Part shown: positions 1 to 11,400 of the stretch, in pieces
Layout: the number at the start of each line of letters is the position of its first letter
Numbering within the stretch: position 1 is the stretch's first letter
NCBI GenBank assembly: GCA_965203465.1
Contig: CBDBCR010000004.1
Location: 1-64,000, forward strand
Reading direction: 5' to 3'
Length of the DNA stretch: 64,000 nucleotides
Origin: Nitrosopumilaceae archaeon
GTDB taxonomy: Archaea; Thermoproteota; Nitrososphaeria; Nitrososphaerales; Nitrosopumilaceae
The notes under the pieces: model-generated
What the model saw: the letters and a program-made list of their open reading frames with translations, nothing else
The model's database searches: none
What the model was told of the DNA's origin: nothing
Position numbers and translations under genes: made by a program

Positions 1-1005
1 CGCCTCGCGGCGACGGGCCAAGGCTGGAGGCTGGAGCTGGTCGCGGCCGACACCGCCACCGATCCGGACGCGGCCCTCGAGGCGGCAAAGTCGCTCCACT
101 CCGCCGGAATCACCGCGATGGTCGGGCCCATCGCCAGCGCCAACGCAAAGGCCATCAAGGGCTATGCCGACGACAACGGGCTGATAGTCGTATCGTGCTG
201 CTCGACGGCCCCCGAGCTTGCCATATCGGGGGACAGCCTGTACCGCATGACGCCCGACGACTCCAACGAGGGCGTGGCGCTGGCCGCGCTGCTCGAGTAC
301 CACGGCATAGACAGGGCCGTGCCGGCGTGGCGCGGCGACACGTGGGGCGACGGGCTGGCCGGCGCCTGGAAGGCGGCGTCGGGCGAAGCGGCGGCAGAGG
401 GCGTCCGGTACGAGCCGGGCTCGCTGGATCCGGGCTCGGTGGCCCGCGAGCTTGCCTCCCAGGTGGGCGAGGCGTCCGGGTCCGTCGGCTCCGGGAACGC
501 GGCCGTGATGGTGTTCGGGTTTTCGGAGACGGCCGACATCGTGCGCGCGTCCATGGAATACCCAGAGCTGGGGCAGGTGCGTTGGTACGGCGCCGGCGTG
601 GTCAACAGCGCCCCGCAGTTCTCGCCGCCCGAGATCGACGAGTTTCTGGTGTCGGTAAAGTTCACGACGCCGGGCGCAAAGGCGGTGCCCAGCGAGGCGC
701 GCCAGAGCGTCCAGGAGAGGCTCTCCGGGGAGCTGGGCGAGACGGCCGGCAGGACGTTCGTGCACGCCTCTTACGACGCGGTCTGGCTCTTGGGGCTCTC
801 GATGCTCGAGGCGGGCAGCTCTGACGGGGCCGACCTGCGGGGGGTCATATCGGGCGTGGCCGACGGCCGGCAGGGCGCGATCGGGGACATGACGCTCAAC
901 GCGGCAGGCGACCTAGCCTTGGCCGACTATGAGTTCTGGCAGACCGTCGAGGGCGGGCAGGCGCCGGCCGGAACGTACGAGTCGGGCGCCATCGTGCCGC
1001 CCTAG
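1..1005 (+). CDS. Branched-chain amino acid ABC-type / type 1 periplasmic solute-binding protein, 5'-truncated by the window edge
   Basis: Frame is open from base 1 (RLAATGQGWRLELVAADTATDPDAALEAA...). Carries VGPIAS, SCCSTAPEL, YRMTPDD, SYDAVWLL and GDMTLNAAGD motifs typical of LivJ/ANF-receptor-like proteins. Confidence 0.85.
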   Translation, partial: RLAATGQGWRLELVAADTATDPDAALEAAKSLHSAGITAMVGPIASANAKAIKGYADDNGLIVVSCCSTAPELAISGDSLYRMTPDDSNEGVALAALLEYHGIDRAVPAWRGDTWGDGLAGAWKAASGEAAAEGVRYEPGSLDPGSVARELASQVGEASGSVGSGNAAVMVFGFSETADIVRASMEYPELGQVRWYGAGVVNSAPQFSPPEIDEFLVSVKFTTPGAKAVPSEARQSVQERLSGELGETAGRTFVHASYDAVWLLGLSMLEAGSSDGADLRGVISGVADGRQGAIGDMTLNAAGDLALADYEFWQTVEGGQAPAGTYESGAIVPP

Positions 1006-1415
1006 CGCGGGCGCGCCGGAAACGAGACTTTCGAGACTCCGCCCCCCGGACCCCCTCTGGGGGCACTTTTCAGGCACGGCAAAAACGAGACTTTCGAGAC
1101 TCCGCCCCCCGGACCCCCTCTGGGGGCACTTTTCAGGCACGGCAAAAACGAGACTTTCGAGACTCCGCCCCCCGGACCCCCTCTGGGGGCACTTTTCAGG
1201 CACGGCAAAAACGAGACTTTCGAGACTCCGCCCCCCGGACCCCATCTGGGGGCACTTTTCAGGCACGGCAAAAACGAGACTTTCGAGACTCCGCCCCCCG
1301 GACCCCCTCTGGGGGCACTTTTCAGGCACGGCAAAAACGAGACTTTCGAGACTCCGCCCCCCGGGGACGCCCGGGGGCTTCCCGCGGGCGCGCCGGAAAC
1401 GAGACTTTCGAGACT
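1006..1415. repeat. 63-bp tandem repeat (5 near-identical units, one divergent unit and a partial unit)
   Basis: AACGAGACTTTCGAGACT recurs at 1021, 1084, 1147, 1210, 1273, 1336 and 1398. A 33-bp segment is identical at 1006-1038 and 1383-1415. Confidence 0.97.
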
Positions 1416-1422
1416 TGACACA

Positions 1423-2604
1423 TCATCTGTTCGCACTGCTGAGAATGTATTTTTTGAACATTGGCATCGCAAACCTGTACAAACCGCGCTGCTGTTTGTA
1501 TATGATGCCTTTTTGCTCCAAACGCCTTAGATGACCAGAGATGGCACCTTTGCTAACGTTCATTTTTTTACAGATTGTCGAAAAACAAGCATCTCTTTTT
1601 GATGACGCTATTTCAACCAAAACCTTCTTTTGAGTATCTGACAAGGACGCTATACGTTGCGCGAAAAAACTATTGTCGAGCTTTTCTATTATGGACTGCC
1701 TGACTTTGTCATAATCTTCCAACTCTACACGTCTTGCATCTATTCTTTCTACGATCTCACTCGAAAAAAACTGTATAAAATACGGATATCCTTCGGTATC
1801 GTGTATGATTGTAGAAATGGTCTCATCTGAGAAGCTTTTGTTTATGTGGCTGAGGGGCTTCAGTATGGCGTTTTTAGCCGCGTCATCACCCAAGTTTGAA
1901 ACTTCCATAGACCCGAACATTCTCTCAGAATACGAGCGAGCGTTTTTTACATTGGCTACCATGGGTGGAAGTCCACACAAAACCAACGACACATGCAATC
2001 CTTCCTGTTGCAACTCGTTGAATGCGGCAATTAAAGATCCCAAAACATTCCAACCGTTAGCTTTCACATCTTTGACCGTGTGGAATTCGTCCATCATGGC
2101 AACTAACCCATCGATCCCGTTTTTTTGCGCCCTTTCTAAACCTTGAGTCACGCACGATTTTATCTCGGCATCCAAAGGTGCCGAACTACGCTGATCATAC
2201 GACGGTTCGTACGATATGACTCCCGGAATGCCAATACTCTTGGGCTTCAGATACTCTCCGGCAGATTTGATTTTTTCTCCAACCCCCTCAATCTTGATCG
2301 CAGCTACTGCACTTTCAACGTCGTGTCGGAACGACTTGATAAACAAAGCGGGATCGCAACGAGATGAGTCGTAATTCATGCCGGTTACCGGTAAGAAACC
2401 ATCACTGCCGCACATGCGCGAGAACCTGCGCAACAGGACGGTCTTGCCTACCCCGCGCAAGCCATGCACCATCACGTTCTCGACTTTGCCCGCCTTGAGG
2501 CGCTGCAACAAGTGGGCAAACACTCCAGTTTCTGCATCCCTTCCGGCAAAATACGGAGGTTCCAATCCGGCACCGGGGTTGAACGGATTGTCCGTCTTGT
2601 ACAC
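1423..2604 (-). CDS. AAA-type P-loop ATPase with C-terminal winged-helix domain
   Basis: NPFNPGAGLEPPYFAGR start, Walker A GLRGVGKT, Walker B MMDEFH, GYPYFIQ motif and C-terminal HTH (VSKGAISGHLRRLEQKGII). Visibly lower GC than the flanks. Confidence 0.88.
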   Translation of the reverse strand: MYKTDNPFNPGAGLEPPYFAGRDAETGVFAHLLQRLKAGKVENVMVHGLRGVGKTVLLRRFSRMCGSDGFLPVTGMNYDSSRCDPALFIKSFRHDVESAVAAIKIEGVGEKIKSAGEYLKPKSIGIPGVISYEPSYDQRSSAPLDAEIKSCVTQGLERAQKNGIDGLVAMMDEFHTVKDVKANGWNVLGSLIAAFNELQQEGLHVSLVLCGLPPMVANVKNARSYSERMFGSMEVSNLGDDAAKNAILKPLSHINKSFSDETISTIIHDTEGYPYFIQFFSSEIVERIDARRVELEDYDKVRQSIIEKLDNSFFAQRIASLSDTQKKVLVEIASSKRDACFSTICKKMNVSKGAISGHLRRLEQKGIIYKQQRGLYRFAMPMFKKYILSSANR

Positions 2605-2825
2605 GAAACTCCGTGCACGGAGGCTGTGTATAAACCTGATTTTGGGGGGGGGGGGGCGGGCGGGACGGAACCGCCCGTTTGCGGTCTAGGAAATGCGGGG
2701 TTTTCCCGGCCGCCTTTGCAATCCGGCGCGAGATCGGTTCGTGCGTCCAGCCTAGGGCGCGGCCCGCGGCCCCTTGGCAGGCCCCGCGGGGTCGGTTTAT
2801 TTTGCCCCCCGCCGGCCCGCGCGGC

Positions 2826-3239
2826 GTGGACTGCGTGTTCTGCCAGATATCGTCGGGCCGCCTCCCCTCGTACAAGCTGCACGAATCGGATCTTGCCATG
2901 GTCTTCCTCGACGCGTTCCCGTCTGCCCGGGGCCACTGCCTGGTGGCGCCCAGATCCCACCACGAGCGCCTGCAGGACGTCCCGCGCGCGACCGGCGCGG
3001 ACATGTTCGGGATGGCCGCCAGGGCGGTCTCGGCGATCGAGGAAAAGCTCGGATGCGACACGCTCGTGGCGCTCCACAACGGGCGGGGGGCCGGGCAGGC
3101 GGTGCCGCACGCGCACCTGCACCTGATACCGCGCGGCGCGGGGGACGGGGCCGGCGCCGTGCATTCGATGTTCCCCGAACCGACAAAGCTGGATCCCAAG
3201 GAGGCCGAGGATCTGAGCTCGGCGCTAGCGTGGGAATAG
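2826..3239 (+). CDS. HIT family nucleotide hydrolase
   Basis: DCVFCQI N-terminus and AGQAVPHAHLHLIPR histidine triad. GTG start at 2826, downstream of a TTTATTTT box. Confidence 0.93.
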   Translation: MDCVFCQISSGRLPSYKLHESDLAMVFLDAFPSARGHCLVAPRSHHERLQDVPRATGADMFGMAARAVSAIEEKLGCDTLVALHNGRGAGQAVPHAHLHLIPRGAGDGAGAVHSMFPEPTKLDPKEAEDLSSALAWE

Positions 3240-3857
3240 CCTGCCGCTGCCGTCCTCGACGCTGATCGCCTTTGTGGGGCACGTCTCGGCCGCGTTCATT
3301 ATCTTGTTGACACCCGCGCCCCGCTCGTTGATCACCCTCGACTTTGGGTTGAGGTTGGTGTTCTTGTCTATCTCGAAGACCTCGGGCGCGATTATCTCGC
3401 AGCTGCAGCAGCCTATGCATAGGCTCTTGTCGACGGAGACGGACAGGTCGGGCTGCTCGTCCGGCTCCCTGGCCTTCTCGGTCTCGGGGCCAGAGCCGCC
3501 CTTCCTTGCGGCCTCGTAGTCCCGCCAGAACTTCCTCTCGTACTCTTTCCACCAGTCCTCCTCCTCGACGCCGCGCGTGAACCGGCCCCAGTCCTCCTCG
3601 GGGACGGGGCCTTTTCGGCGGGGCGCGCCCCACGGGCCCGGTGCCTTGGGCCCGCGCTTGGCGGCCGGGGCCGGATCGCCGGGCCTGCGGTCCTTTAGCG
3701 CGTTGTAGGCCTCGGAGACCTCCTTGAAGCGCCTCTCGTCGCCGCCGTTCTTGTCGGGGTGCGATTCCAGGGCGAGGCGCCGGTACGCGGCCTTTACGCT
3801 CTCCGGCGAGGCGCCTGACTCTAGATCCAGCACCTGGTATGCGCGGCCCGCGTCCAC
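3225..3857 (-). CDS. DnaJ-ferredoxin fusion (DnaJ-Fer)
   Basis: J-domain with HPDK, followed by CIGCCSCEIIAP...AETCP Fe-S motif. This architecture is characteristic of Thaumarchaeota. Confidence 0.92.
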   Translation of the reverse strand: MDAGRAYQVLDLESGASPESVKAAYRRLALESHPDKNGGDERRFKEVSEAYNALKDRRPGDPAPAAKRGPKAPGPWGAPRRKGPVPEEDWGRFTRGVEEEDWWKEYERKFWRDYEAARKGGSGPETEKAREPDEQPDLSVSVDKSLCIGCCSCEIIAPEVFEIDKNTNLNPKSRVINERGAGVNKIMNAAETCPTKAISVEDGSGRLFPR

Positions 3858-3881
3858 GGGGGCCGGATCCGGCCAGCGGCT

Positions 3882-4388
3882 TTAAACCGTGCGCGCGGAT
3901 CGGCCGCTTTGCTGCCTCCGGCGGCCCCGCCGGGGCACCCGCGAGGCCGCCGGCTGTCTGCGCTCCGCCCCGGATCCGCGGCCGGACGCAAAGCCGAGGC
4001 CCCTGAGCAGCCTGCGGAAGTGGGGCTGCTCCAGCCGCGCCCCCGTCCGGCGCAGCACCGCCTCCTGGAGGGCCGCCGGCGTGAGCCGCCCCTCCCTGAA
4101 GAGGCGACTGGCCTCTTTTTCCACGCGGTAAGGCTCCACGATCGGGGGCCTGCCGCTCCTGGGCAGGTCGGCCATGCGGCCGGGCCCGGCAGCGTCGAAG
4201 CGCGCCAGCCAGTTCCTGACGGTCTTGTCGGTGACGCCGCGGCGGCTCGCCTCGTCGCGCACGCTGCGGCCGCGCACGCGCACGGCCTTCACCGCCAGCA
4301 GCCGCTCGCGCGCCCTCGGATCCTTCTCGGCACTTATGGCGCGGTCCAGCCGCGCGCCGATCCTGCCCCCGGCCCGCGCGCGGGTCAT
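3882..4388 (-). CDS. IS630-transposase-like helix-turn-helix protein without a DDE domain
   Basis: RARERLLAV...TVRNWLARF...DLPRSGRPP...RRLLRGLGF matches the N-terminal HTH half of IS630 transposases. ATG at 4388 overlaps the upstream TGA (ATGA). Confidence 0.75.
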   Translation of the reverse strand: MTRARAGGRIGARLDRAISAEKDPRARERLLAVKAVRVRGRSVRDEASRRGVTDKTVRNWLARFDAAGPGRMADLPRSGRPPIVEPYRVEKEASRLFREGRLTPAALQEAVLRRTGARLEQPHFRRLLRGLGFASGRGSGAERRQPAASRVPRRGRRRQQSGRSARTV

Positions 4389-5041
4389 ACGTCGAGCCTC
4401 TGGTTTATGCACGAGATCACCATGGCGTCGCGGATCTCCATGCCGCCCTCGTCGGAAAAGTTGTACTCTGTCTTGTCGGTGTTTGTGTACACCCAATAGT
4501 CCACTATCCTGCAGTCCCCGTACTTCCAGGTCTGCAGAGTCTGCCCGCCGCCGGTCAGGATCTCGACGTCGACCATGAAGCCGCTCAGGCTGTGGTCGTG
4601 GTCGAGGTACCTCTCCATCACCTCGTAGACCTCGGCCTTGTCGGTGCTCGGCAGCGAGCGCAGGGTAAAGGACGGCGTGGTCTCTGCGTACTGCATGTAG
4701 TCGAGGCTGGTGTCGGTCGTAGTCCTGCTTATCTGGCTGTACAGCGAGTACGAATAGACCGAGACCCCGGCGCCGAACGGGCCCTGGGAAAAGTGCACGG
4801 CGAACGAGGCGGCCCTGTCCTCGGCCGGCGCCGCCGATTCGGCGCGGACCTCGGGGACTGGAAGCTGCAGTATCCCCTCCGAGAGCAGGTACTGCATGGA
4901 GGCGGCAAACTCGGCGTCGCCCACGGCCCCCTGCGACCACAGGCCCGCGTTGCCCTTTACCCACTGCGGGATGCCGGCCTCGGCGTGGGCGCCGGCGGCA
5001 AGCGCCGCCGAGGCGGCCAGCGCGGCGATCAGGGCTTTCAC
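4385..5041 (-). CDS. Secreted thaumarchaeal surface-associated protein
   Basis: Signal peptide followed by IPQWVKGNAGLWSQGAVGDAEFAASMQYLLSEGI, resembling the IPxWxKxxAxWW motif of Nitrosopumilaceae exported proteins. Confidence 0.75.
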   Translation of the reverse strand: MKALIAALAASAALAAGAHAEAGIPQWVKGNAGLWSQGAVGDAEFAASMQYLLSEGILQLPVPEVRAESAAPAEDRAASFAVHFSQGPFGAGVSVYSYSLYSQISRTTTDTSLDYMQYAETTPSFTLRSLPSTDKAEVYEVMERYLDHDHSLSGFMVDVEILTGGGQTLQTWKYGDCRIVDYWVYTNTDKTEYNFSDEGGMEIRDAMVISCINQRLDV

Positions 5042-5304
5042 GGACAGCGGCGCGGGCCGAATTATTTAATCCGTCCGGCCCGCGCGCCGTAAGCGGCCGG
5101 GTCGGCGGATAGCCTAGTCACGGAAAAGCGCCACGCGTGGATCGGGCCGTGCCTGAACGCAAGCCCAACCTGACCGGTTACCGCGCGCCGCCCCCGCCCG
5201 GGCGCGGCCGGCCCCGGCGATCGGGCGCTTCGCCGGCTGCGGCAAGATCCGGCCCGCCGCGGAAAAACGGAGCTCCCCGGCGCCGGACGTGCCGGGCGCG
5301 GCCT

Positions 5305-5413
5305 AGCCGGCCGGGGGCCGATCCGCGGGGGGTTTTGCGACAATGACTGAACAAACAACCCAAACAGTAGCACGCGAGCCGGCCGGGGGCCGATCCGCGG
5401 GGGGTTTTGCGAC
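5305..5413. repeat. Orphan 37-bp direct duplication flanking a 35-bp AT-richer insert (72-bp period); candidate off-target spacer integration
   Basis: AGCCGGCCGGGGGCCGATCCGCGGGGGGTTTTGCGAC is identical at 5305-5341 and 5377-5413. Insert: AATGACTGAACAAACAACCCAAACAGTAGCACGCG. Confidence 0.9.
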
Positions 5414-5426
5414 CCCGCTCCACGGC

Positions 5427-5455
5427 TTATATATCGGGGGGGGGGGGGTGGGACT
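5427..5455 (+). promoter_or_regulatory. TATA box with a G13 homopolymer between TATA and the start codon of the giant protein
   Basis: TTATATAT at 5427-5434, G run at 5436-5448, GTG at 5456 (about 26 bp from TATA, leaderless geometry). Confidence 0.65.
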
Positions 5456-8400
5456 GTGAGGACGACTGCCGTCTGGTGGCTTGCGGTCGTTATAGTCTTG
5501 GTAGCCGCCGCCTCGGCGCTGCCCGGGGCCGAGGCCACCACGCCGACGCTGACCTCCAACGCCATGGACCTGCGCAACGACGGCACGTGGGCGGCCACCC
5601 TGACGCTGACGTTCAACACCAACGTAAAGGTGCACACCAGCGTGGACGACACGCTCAACGACATCACGGCCGAAGGGCAAAAGGGCGCTTCGCTGCAGAT
5701 AAGCGGCGCCACGGTCAAGGTATTCTTCCTGCCGCCGGCCGAAGAGACGCTACGAAGAGCAGACCACGACATAGACGTCAGCATAACGAGCACCGCGATA
5801 AGGTCGACGGACACCAGCACCGCCTACGGGGGCGTCACGAATTCGAGGGCCACCACAACCCAAGACTCCGTCGGCCCGAAGGTGGCCAGCGCCGCCCTGG
5901 ACAGGGACGGCGGGGTGCTGTACATCGTCACCGACGAGTCCATCGCGTACGGCGACTACAACGTCGCCAGCGCGAATGGCGGCGATGCACGCGTCCAACA
6001 AATCGCCGGCGTTGGATACGTCTTGCAGTACGGAACTTCCTTTGAAAACGTCACAAAATACCACGTGCGCGACGGCGCGACGGCCTCGGGCGGCGTCACG
6101 ATGGCCTCCTCCAACAACCCGAGCGTGCACCGCACGCCGACCCACGAGATCCGCTTCACGCTCAGCTCGTCCCAGCTTGCCACGGTGACCGGCTACACGA
6201 GCCCGCACCTGCACATGGACGCGGGCGCGCTCACGGGCATAGGTTCCCAATATCAACTCGACAACGCTGCCGTCTCAAGAGCCGAAAACGCGGCCATCGC
6301 AAAGGCGATAAACTACATACCCCGGGCGACCGCCGCGGAGCTGACCGTCGCCACGCGCGCCCTGTCGGTCACGTTCGACGAGTCGGTCACCAAGAGCTCG
6401 GGCACCTTTTACATACGCAACAGCGCCACGGGCGCCTACGCCGCGTCGACCGACGTGGCCGGCACGCTGAGCACCGTCTCGGGGACCGCCGGCTCTGCCA
6501 CGCTTTCGGCCTCGGACGTCACGAAGGTGCAGGGCATGGCCACGCCGCACCTGCACGTCAACGCCGGGGCGGTGACCGACGGCGGCGGCGCGGACAACCT
6601 CAAAAAAGCGGTGGCGCTGACGATCACGTCCCCGGGGCCGGCGCTGTCCGGGGCCACGCTCGACGAGAACACGCGCACGCTCACGCTCACGATGGACAGG
6701 ACGGCAAAGTCGGGCGACGCGGACGTGACCCAGTCGAACATACTCATAAGGGACGGGGCAGGCACGAGCGGCGGAACCGCGCTGACCGGATCGACCGTAT
6801 CCTCTACGGGCAACAGCGCGACCGTCACGCTGACGCTTACGCCCGCGCAGGTGGCGACGGTCACGGGGTACGCCGCGCCCCACGTGTACCTGAAGGCGGG
6901 CGCGGTGAAGAACACCTCCGACCAGGCCAACGTGCTCTCGGCGACGTCGGTGGCGCTGGGCATATACCCGGCGCTCGAATCGGCCGTCGTCGACCTCAAC
7001 AACTTTTCGACCGGCAGCGGCCAAAACACCTCGTATTACGCCGGCAAGCTGGCGCTCAAATTCAACGTGGACGTGGGCGTGAGCACGAGCGACGCGGACA
7101 CCCTCCCAAAGATAACCGTGCGCGAGGCGGACAACTCGCCGACGCTCACGCTGGATACGGACGCCTCGATCATATCGAGCTCCAGCACAGTCGAGATAGG
7201 GCTGAGCAACGCGCAAAAAGAGGCCGTCAGGGCGATGTCGGGAAACCTGGAGGTGCTGATAGGGGCCAACGCCTTCAAGTCCGACACGGGATCGCTGGCG
7301 CTGCCCGCCGTCGGCGACGGGGCCCTGTCCATACCGAGCGCCAGCGTGACGCCGGACACCACCCGCCCGGCGATAACCTCGGTCTCCCTGGACGGAGAGT
7401 CGGGCCTGCTCACGCTCAACTTTGACGAGCTCGTGCAGGCAGACCCGGCGGACATCAACCTGAGCCACATGCAGCTGTACTATCCCCAGCGGGGAAACTT
7501 CCACCTGGGGGACTTGCTCGCGGGATACGCCGCCCTGTCCACCCCGTGCGTGCCCGCGCCCTGCCCCCAAGGCGGCTCCGCGGTCACGTCTTCGGGCGAT
7601 TCCACCGCGGTAACGGTCCAGCTCAGCGAGGAGCACCGCAAACGGGCCATAGCCCTGATCGATCCGCAGTATTGGATACAGCACCAGGAGTCGATAAAGG
7701 ACACGTCGGGAAACTTCACACCGAGTGCCGTCTTCGGCGGGGCCTCCTACACGCCGGACACCAACGCCCCCACGCTCGTGACCGCGGCGCCGAACGGGCC
7801 GGAACTCGACGAGGGCAGCGGGATACTGACGCTGACGTTCAGCGAATCCGTAAAGGATGGATCGAACGTGGATCTGACGCAGATCTTCATTGCGGGCAGC
7901 ACGGCCGCGAGCGGCGGGACGGCCCTGAGCGTCTTGGGGGACGCCTCCGAAGTGACATCCACGTCGGATACGGACTCTGCCATAACCGTGAAACTTCGCG
8001 AGCCGGCAAGGCAGGCTGCCATAGGGCACACCACGCCGTACGTGTACTTTGCCTCGGGCGCCGTGGTGGATCTTTCAAACCAGACCCTGGCCGCCTCGAC
8101 TGCAGCCGCCGAGATAACCGACACGGCCGACGACGATCCGCCCACCGTGGAGTCGGCGGCCCTCGACGAGGGCACCGGGATACTGACTATCACGTTCAAC
8201 GAGACCGTCGACGTCTCGAGCGCGAGCTCCAACGGCGCCAGTTTCGAGCTGCGCGAGGGCGCGAGCGCCACGGACAACCTCGCAAGCGAGGTGGTGCTGT
8301 CCGACGGCGAGATACAGTCCGGCCAGTCCGACGGCCTGACGCTCGTCTTCGAGCTCGACGAGGACAGCCGCAGGGGCGCCATCGCACTGTCCGACCCCTA

Positions 8401-11400
8401 CCTGTACGTAGCGGCCGGCGCCATAACCGACACCATCACGCCTACCGGCAACGGCATCGCCGCCATTACCCAAACTACCGGCGGCGTCGAGATCGCCGAC
8501 ACGGACGACGACGACGGGCCGGAGGTCGAGGAGGCGGCGCTCAACGAGGGCACCGGGGTGCTGACGATCACGTTCGACGAGCAAGTGGACATCTCCAGCG
8601 CGAGCTCCAGCGGCGCCAGTTTCGAGCTGCGCGACGGCGCGAGCGCGCCAAGCGGCCAAGCGGGCAATGTCGTCCTGTCCGACGGCGAGATACGGCAGGG
8701 CCAGTCCGACGGCCTTGAGTTCGTCTTCGAGCTCGACGAGGACAGCCGCCAGGGCGCCATAGCTCTGGCCGCGCCGTACCTGTACATCGCGGCCGGCGCC
8801 ATAGACGACACGATCGCCCCGACGGGCATCGCGGAGAATCTTGTAGGCACGGTGGCCGACATCACGCGCGACACCGTAAAGCCCGAGGTCGTGTCGGCGG
8901 CCCTCAACGAGGAGACGGGGCTGCTCGCAATCACGTTCGACGAGACCGTCGACGTGGGCAGCGCGACGGCGGCCAGTTTCCAGATACGCGACGGCCCGGG
9001 CTCTGCGTCCGGCTCTGCGGGCGAGATAGTCTTGTCCGCATCCGAGGTACAGGCGCAACAGTCCGACGGCACCGCGCTCAACTTTGAGCTTTCCGAGGCC
9101 AGCCGCCGGGGCGCCATAGACCTGGGCGATCCGTACCTGTACGTATCGGCCGATGCCATAAACGACGCGGTGACCATGGCCAACAGCGGCATCGCCCCCA
9201 ACGGCATCGCCGTTGCCAGCGCCGACATCGTAGAGACGGCCGACACCACCGCGCCGTCGCTCTCGACGGCAGCCTTGGACGAAGAGACCGGCATACTGAC
9301 GCTGACCTTCGACGAATCGGTAAAGGACGGCCAAGGCGTCGAACTGGACAGGATCTTCATCGGCGACGGCGCGTTCAGCTCGGGCGGCGAGCCGCTGACC
9401 GGCTCGACGGTGACCTCTTCGGACGCGACGACGGACGCGGCGGTGACCATAGGCCTGACCGAGACATTGCGCAAGGCGTCCATCGGCTACGCCGACCCGC
9501 ACGTGCGCCTGGCCGAGGGCGCCGTGCGGGACGTCTCCGACCAGGACATCGCAGCATCGGGCAGCTCTACGATCGCGGACACGCCGGACACGACCCCGCC
9601 GACGATCAGCGCCACCGACGGGCCCATACTGCACGAGCCGGCCGGCGTGCTGACGGTGGTCTTCAGCGAGTCGGTGCAGGACGGCGACGACGTGGATCTG
9701 ACCAAGATATTCGTAAACGACGGCCCGTTCACCACGGGCGGCACCGCGCTGACCAGCTCTTCGGGCACTTCGACCATGAGATCCACCGAGGACACCGACT
9801 CCGAGATACTCGTGACTCTCCACGAGACGCTCAGGCTGGCGGTCATCGCGTACACGACGCCGCACCTGCGCTTCGATTCGGGCGCCGTAAAGGACCTGTC
9901 CGGCCAGGCCATCGTGGCCTCGGCTAGCAGCACGGCCATAGGTGAGGTCACCGACCTGACGCCGCCGGTCGTCTCGTCGGCGGCGCTCAACGAAGAGACC
10001 GGAATATTGACGCTCACGTTCAACGAGAGCATCGACGTGTCGACGGCCGACGGCGCCAAGTTCAGCCTGCGTGAGGGCGCAGGCGCGTCCGCCGGCTCTT
10101 CGGGCGAGCTGGTCCTGTCCAACGCGCAGGTGCGGCCGGGCCAGTCCGACGGCACCGCGTTCGTATTCGAGCTCTCCGAGGCCAGCAGGCTGGCGGCGAT
10201 AAATTTGGGCGATCCGCGCCTGTACGTGTCCGAAGGCGCCATAGAGGACGACTCGCTCAACAGGATAGCGGCAAACACCGCGGGGATAGACGTCTCGCAG
10301 ACGCTTGACGCGACTGACCCGGCCCTCTTGGCGTCGGGGCCGGGCAGGCCGACCCTCGACGAGGCCACCGGGGTGCTGACTCTTACCTTCGGCGAATCGG
10401 TAAAGGAGACAGCCGACCTGGCAAAGATCCGCATCCGCGACGGCCCGGGGACCGGCGGCACCGCGCTGACCGGCTCGGAGATCACGTCAGCTCACATCGA
10501 CGCGGTCGTCGCCGTGGATCTGAGCGAGGCGCTGCGCAAGGAGGCCATCGGGTACGCCGATCCGCACGTGGTCCTCGAGTCGGGCGCCGTCGTGGACCTT
10601 TCAGACCGGGGCGTCGCCGCCTCGGCCGCGCAGATATCGGACAGACCCGACTTGATCGCGCCGTCGCTCTCGTCGGCGGCCCTCGACGAGGCCACCGGGA
10701 TACTGACGCTCACCTTCGACGAATCCGTAAAGGACGGCCAAACAGACCTGTCAAAGATACGGCTCAACGACGGCAGGTTCAACGCCGGCGGCACCGCGCT
10801 GACCGGCTCGGCGGTGACCTCCACCCAAGACACCGACCCGCTGGTGACGGTGCAGCTTACAGAGACGCTGCGGCAGATAGCCATCGGCTACGCGACCCCG
10901 CACGTGCGCCTCGAGTCCGGCGCCGCCAGGGATCTGTCCGACCAGGGCGCGGAGGCCTCCGCCGACAGCACGGCCGTCTCGGACGCGCCCGACCCGTCGG
11001 TGCAGCCCAGGATCAGGTCGGCCGAGGCGGCCTCCGCGTACACGGTGAGGGTCTCGTTCAACCTGCCGCTGACAGGCGCGGGCCCGGCAGGCTCTTGGTC
11101 GGTGGGCGACAACGCGGCCGTCTCGGTGAGGGTGCCGACCGAGCGCGTCGGGACGCTCATCTACGTCGGGGACGACATGGGCCAGGTGCCGGCCGTGCTG
11201 TCCGGGGATCTGGTCTCGGTGGGCGGAGGCTACTACCGCGTGACCACGGCCGACATTTCCGCAAGGGCCGTATTCTACGCGTACGTCACGTTCGGGAGCC
11301 CGGTCGAGGCCGGCCAGTCTATATCGTACTCGCAGCCACCGGATCCGTCCGGCGTGGCCGACTTTGACGGGCGCGACCTGGCCGCGCAGTCCGTGCAGAT

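Noticed and set aside
1006-1415. 63-bp array as a CRISPR
   Set aside because: The units are identical throughout; there are no unique spacers.
913-1534. Repetitive ORFs across the 63-bp array
   Set aside because: They are open on both strands only because the unit is a multiple of 3 without stops, and they overlap real genes at both ends.
5100-5180. tRNA-like start GGATAGCCTAGTC
   Set aside because: No T-arm GTTCRA motif or acceptor-stem pairing could be found.
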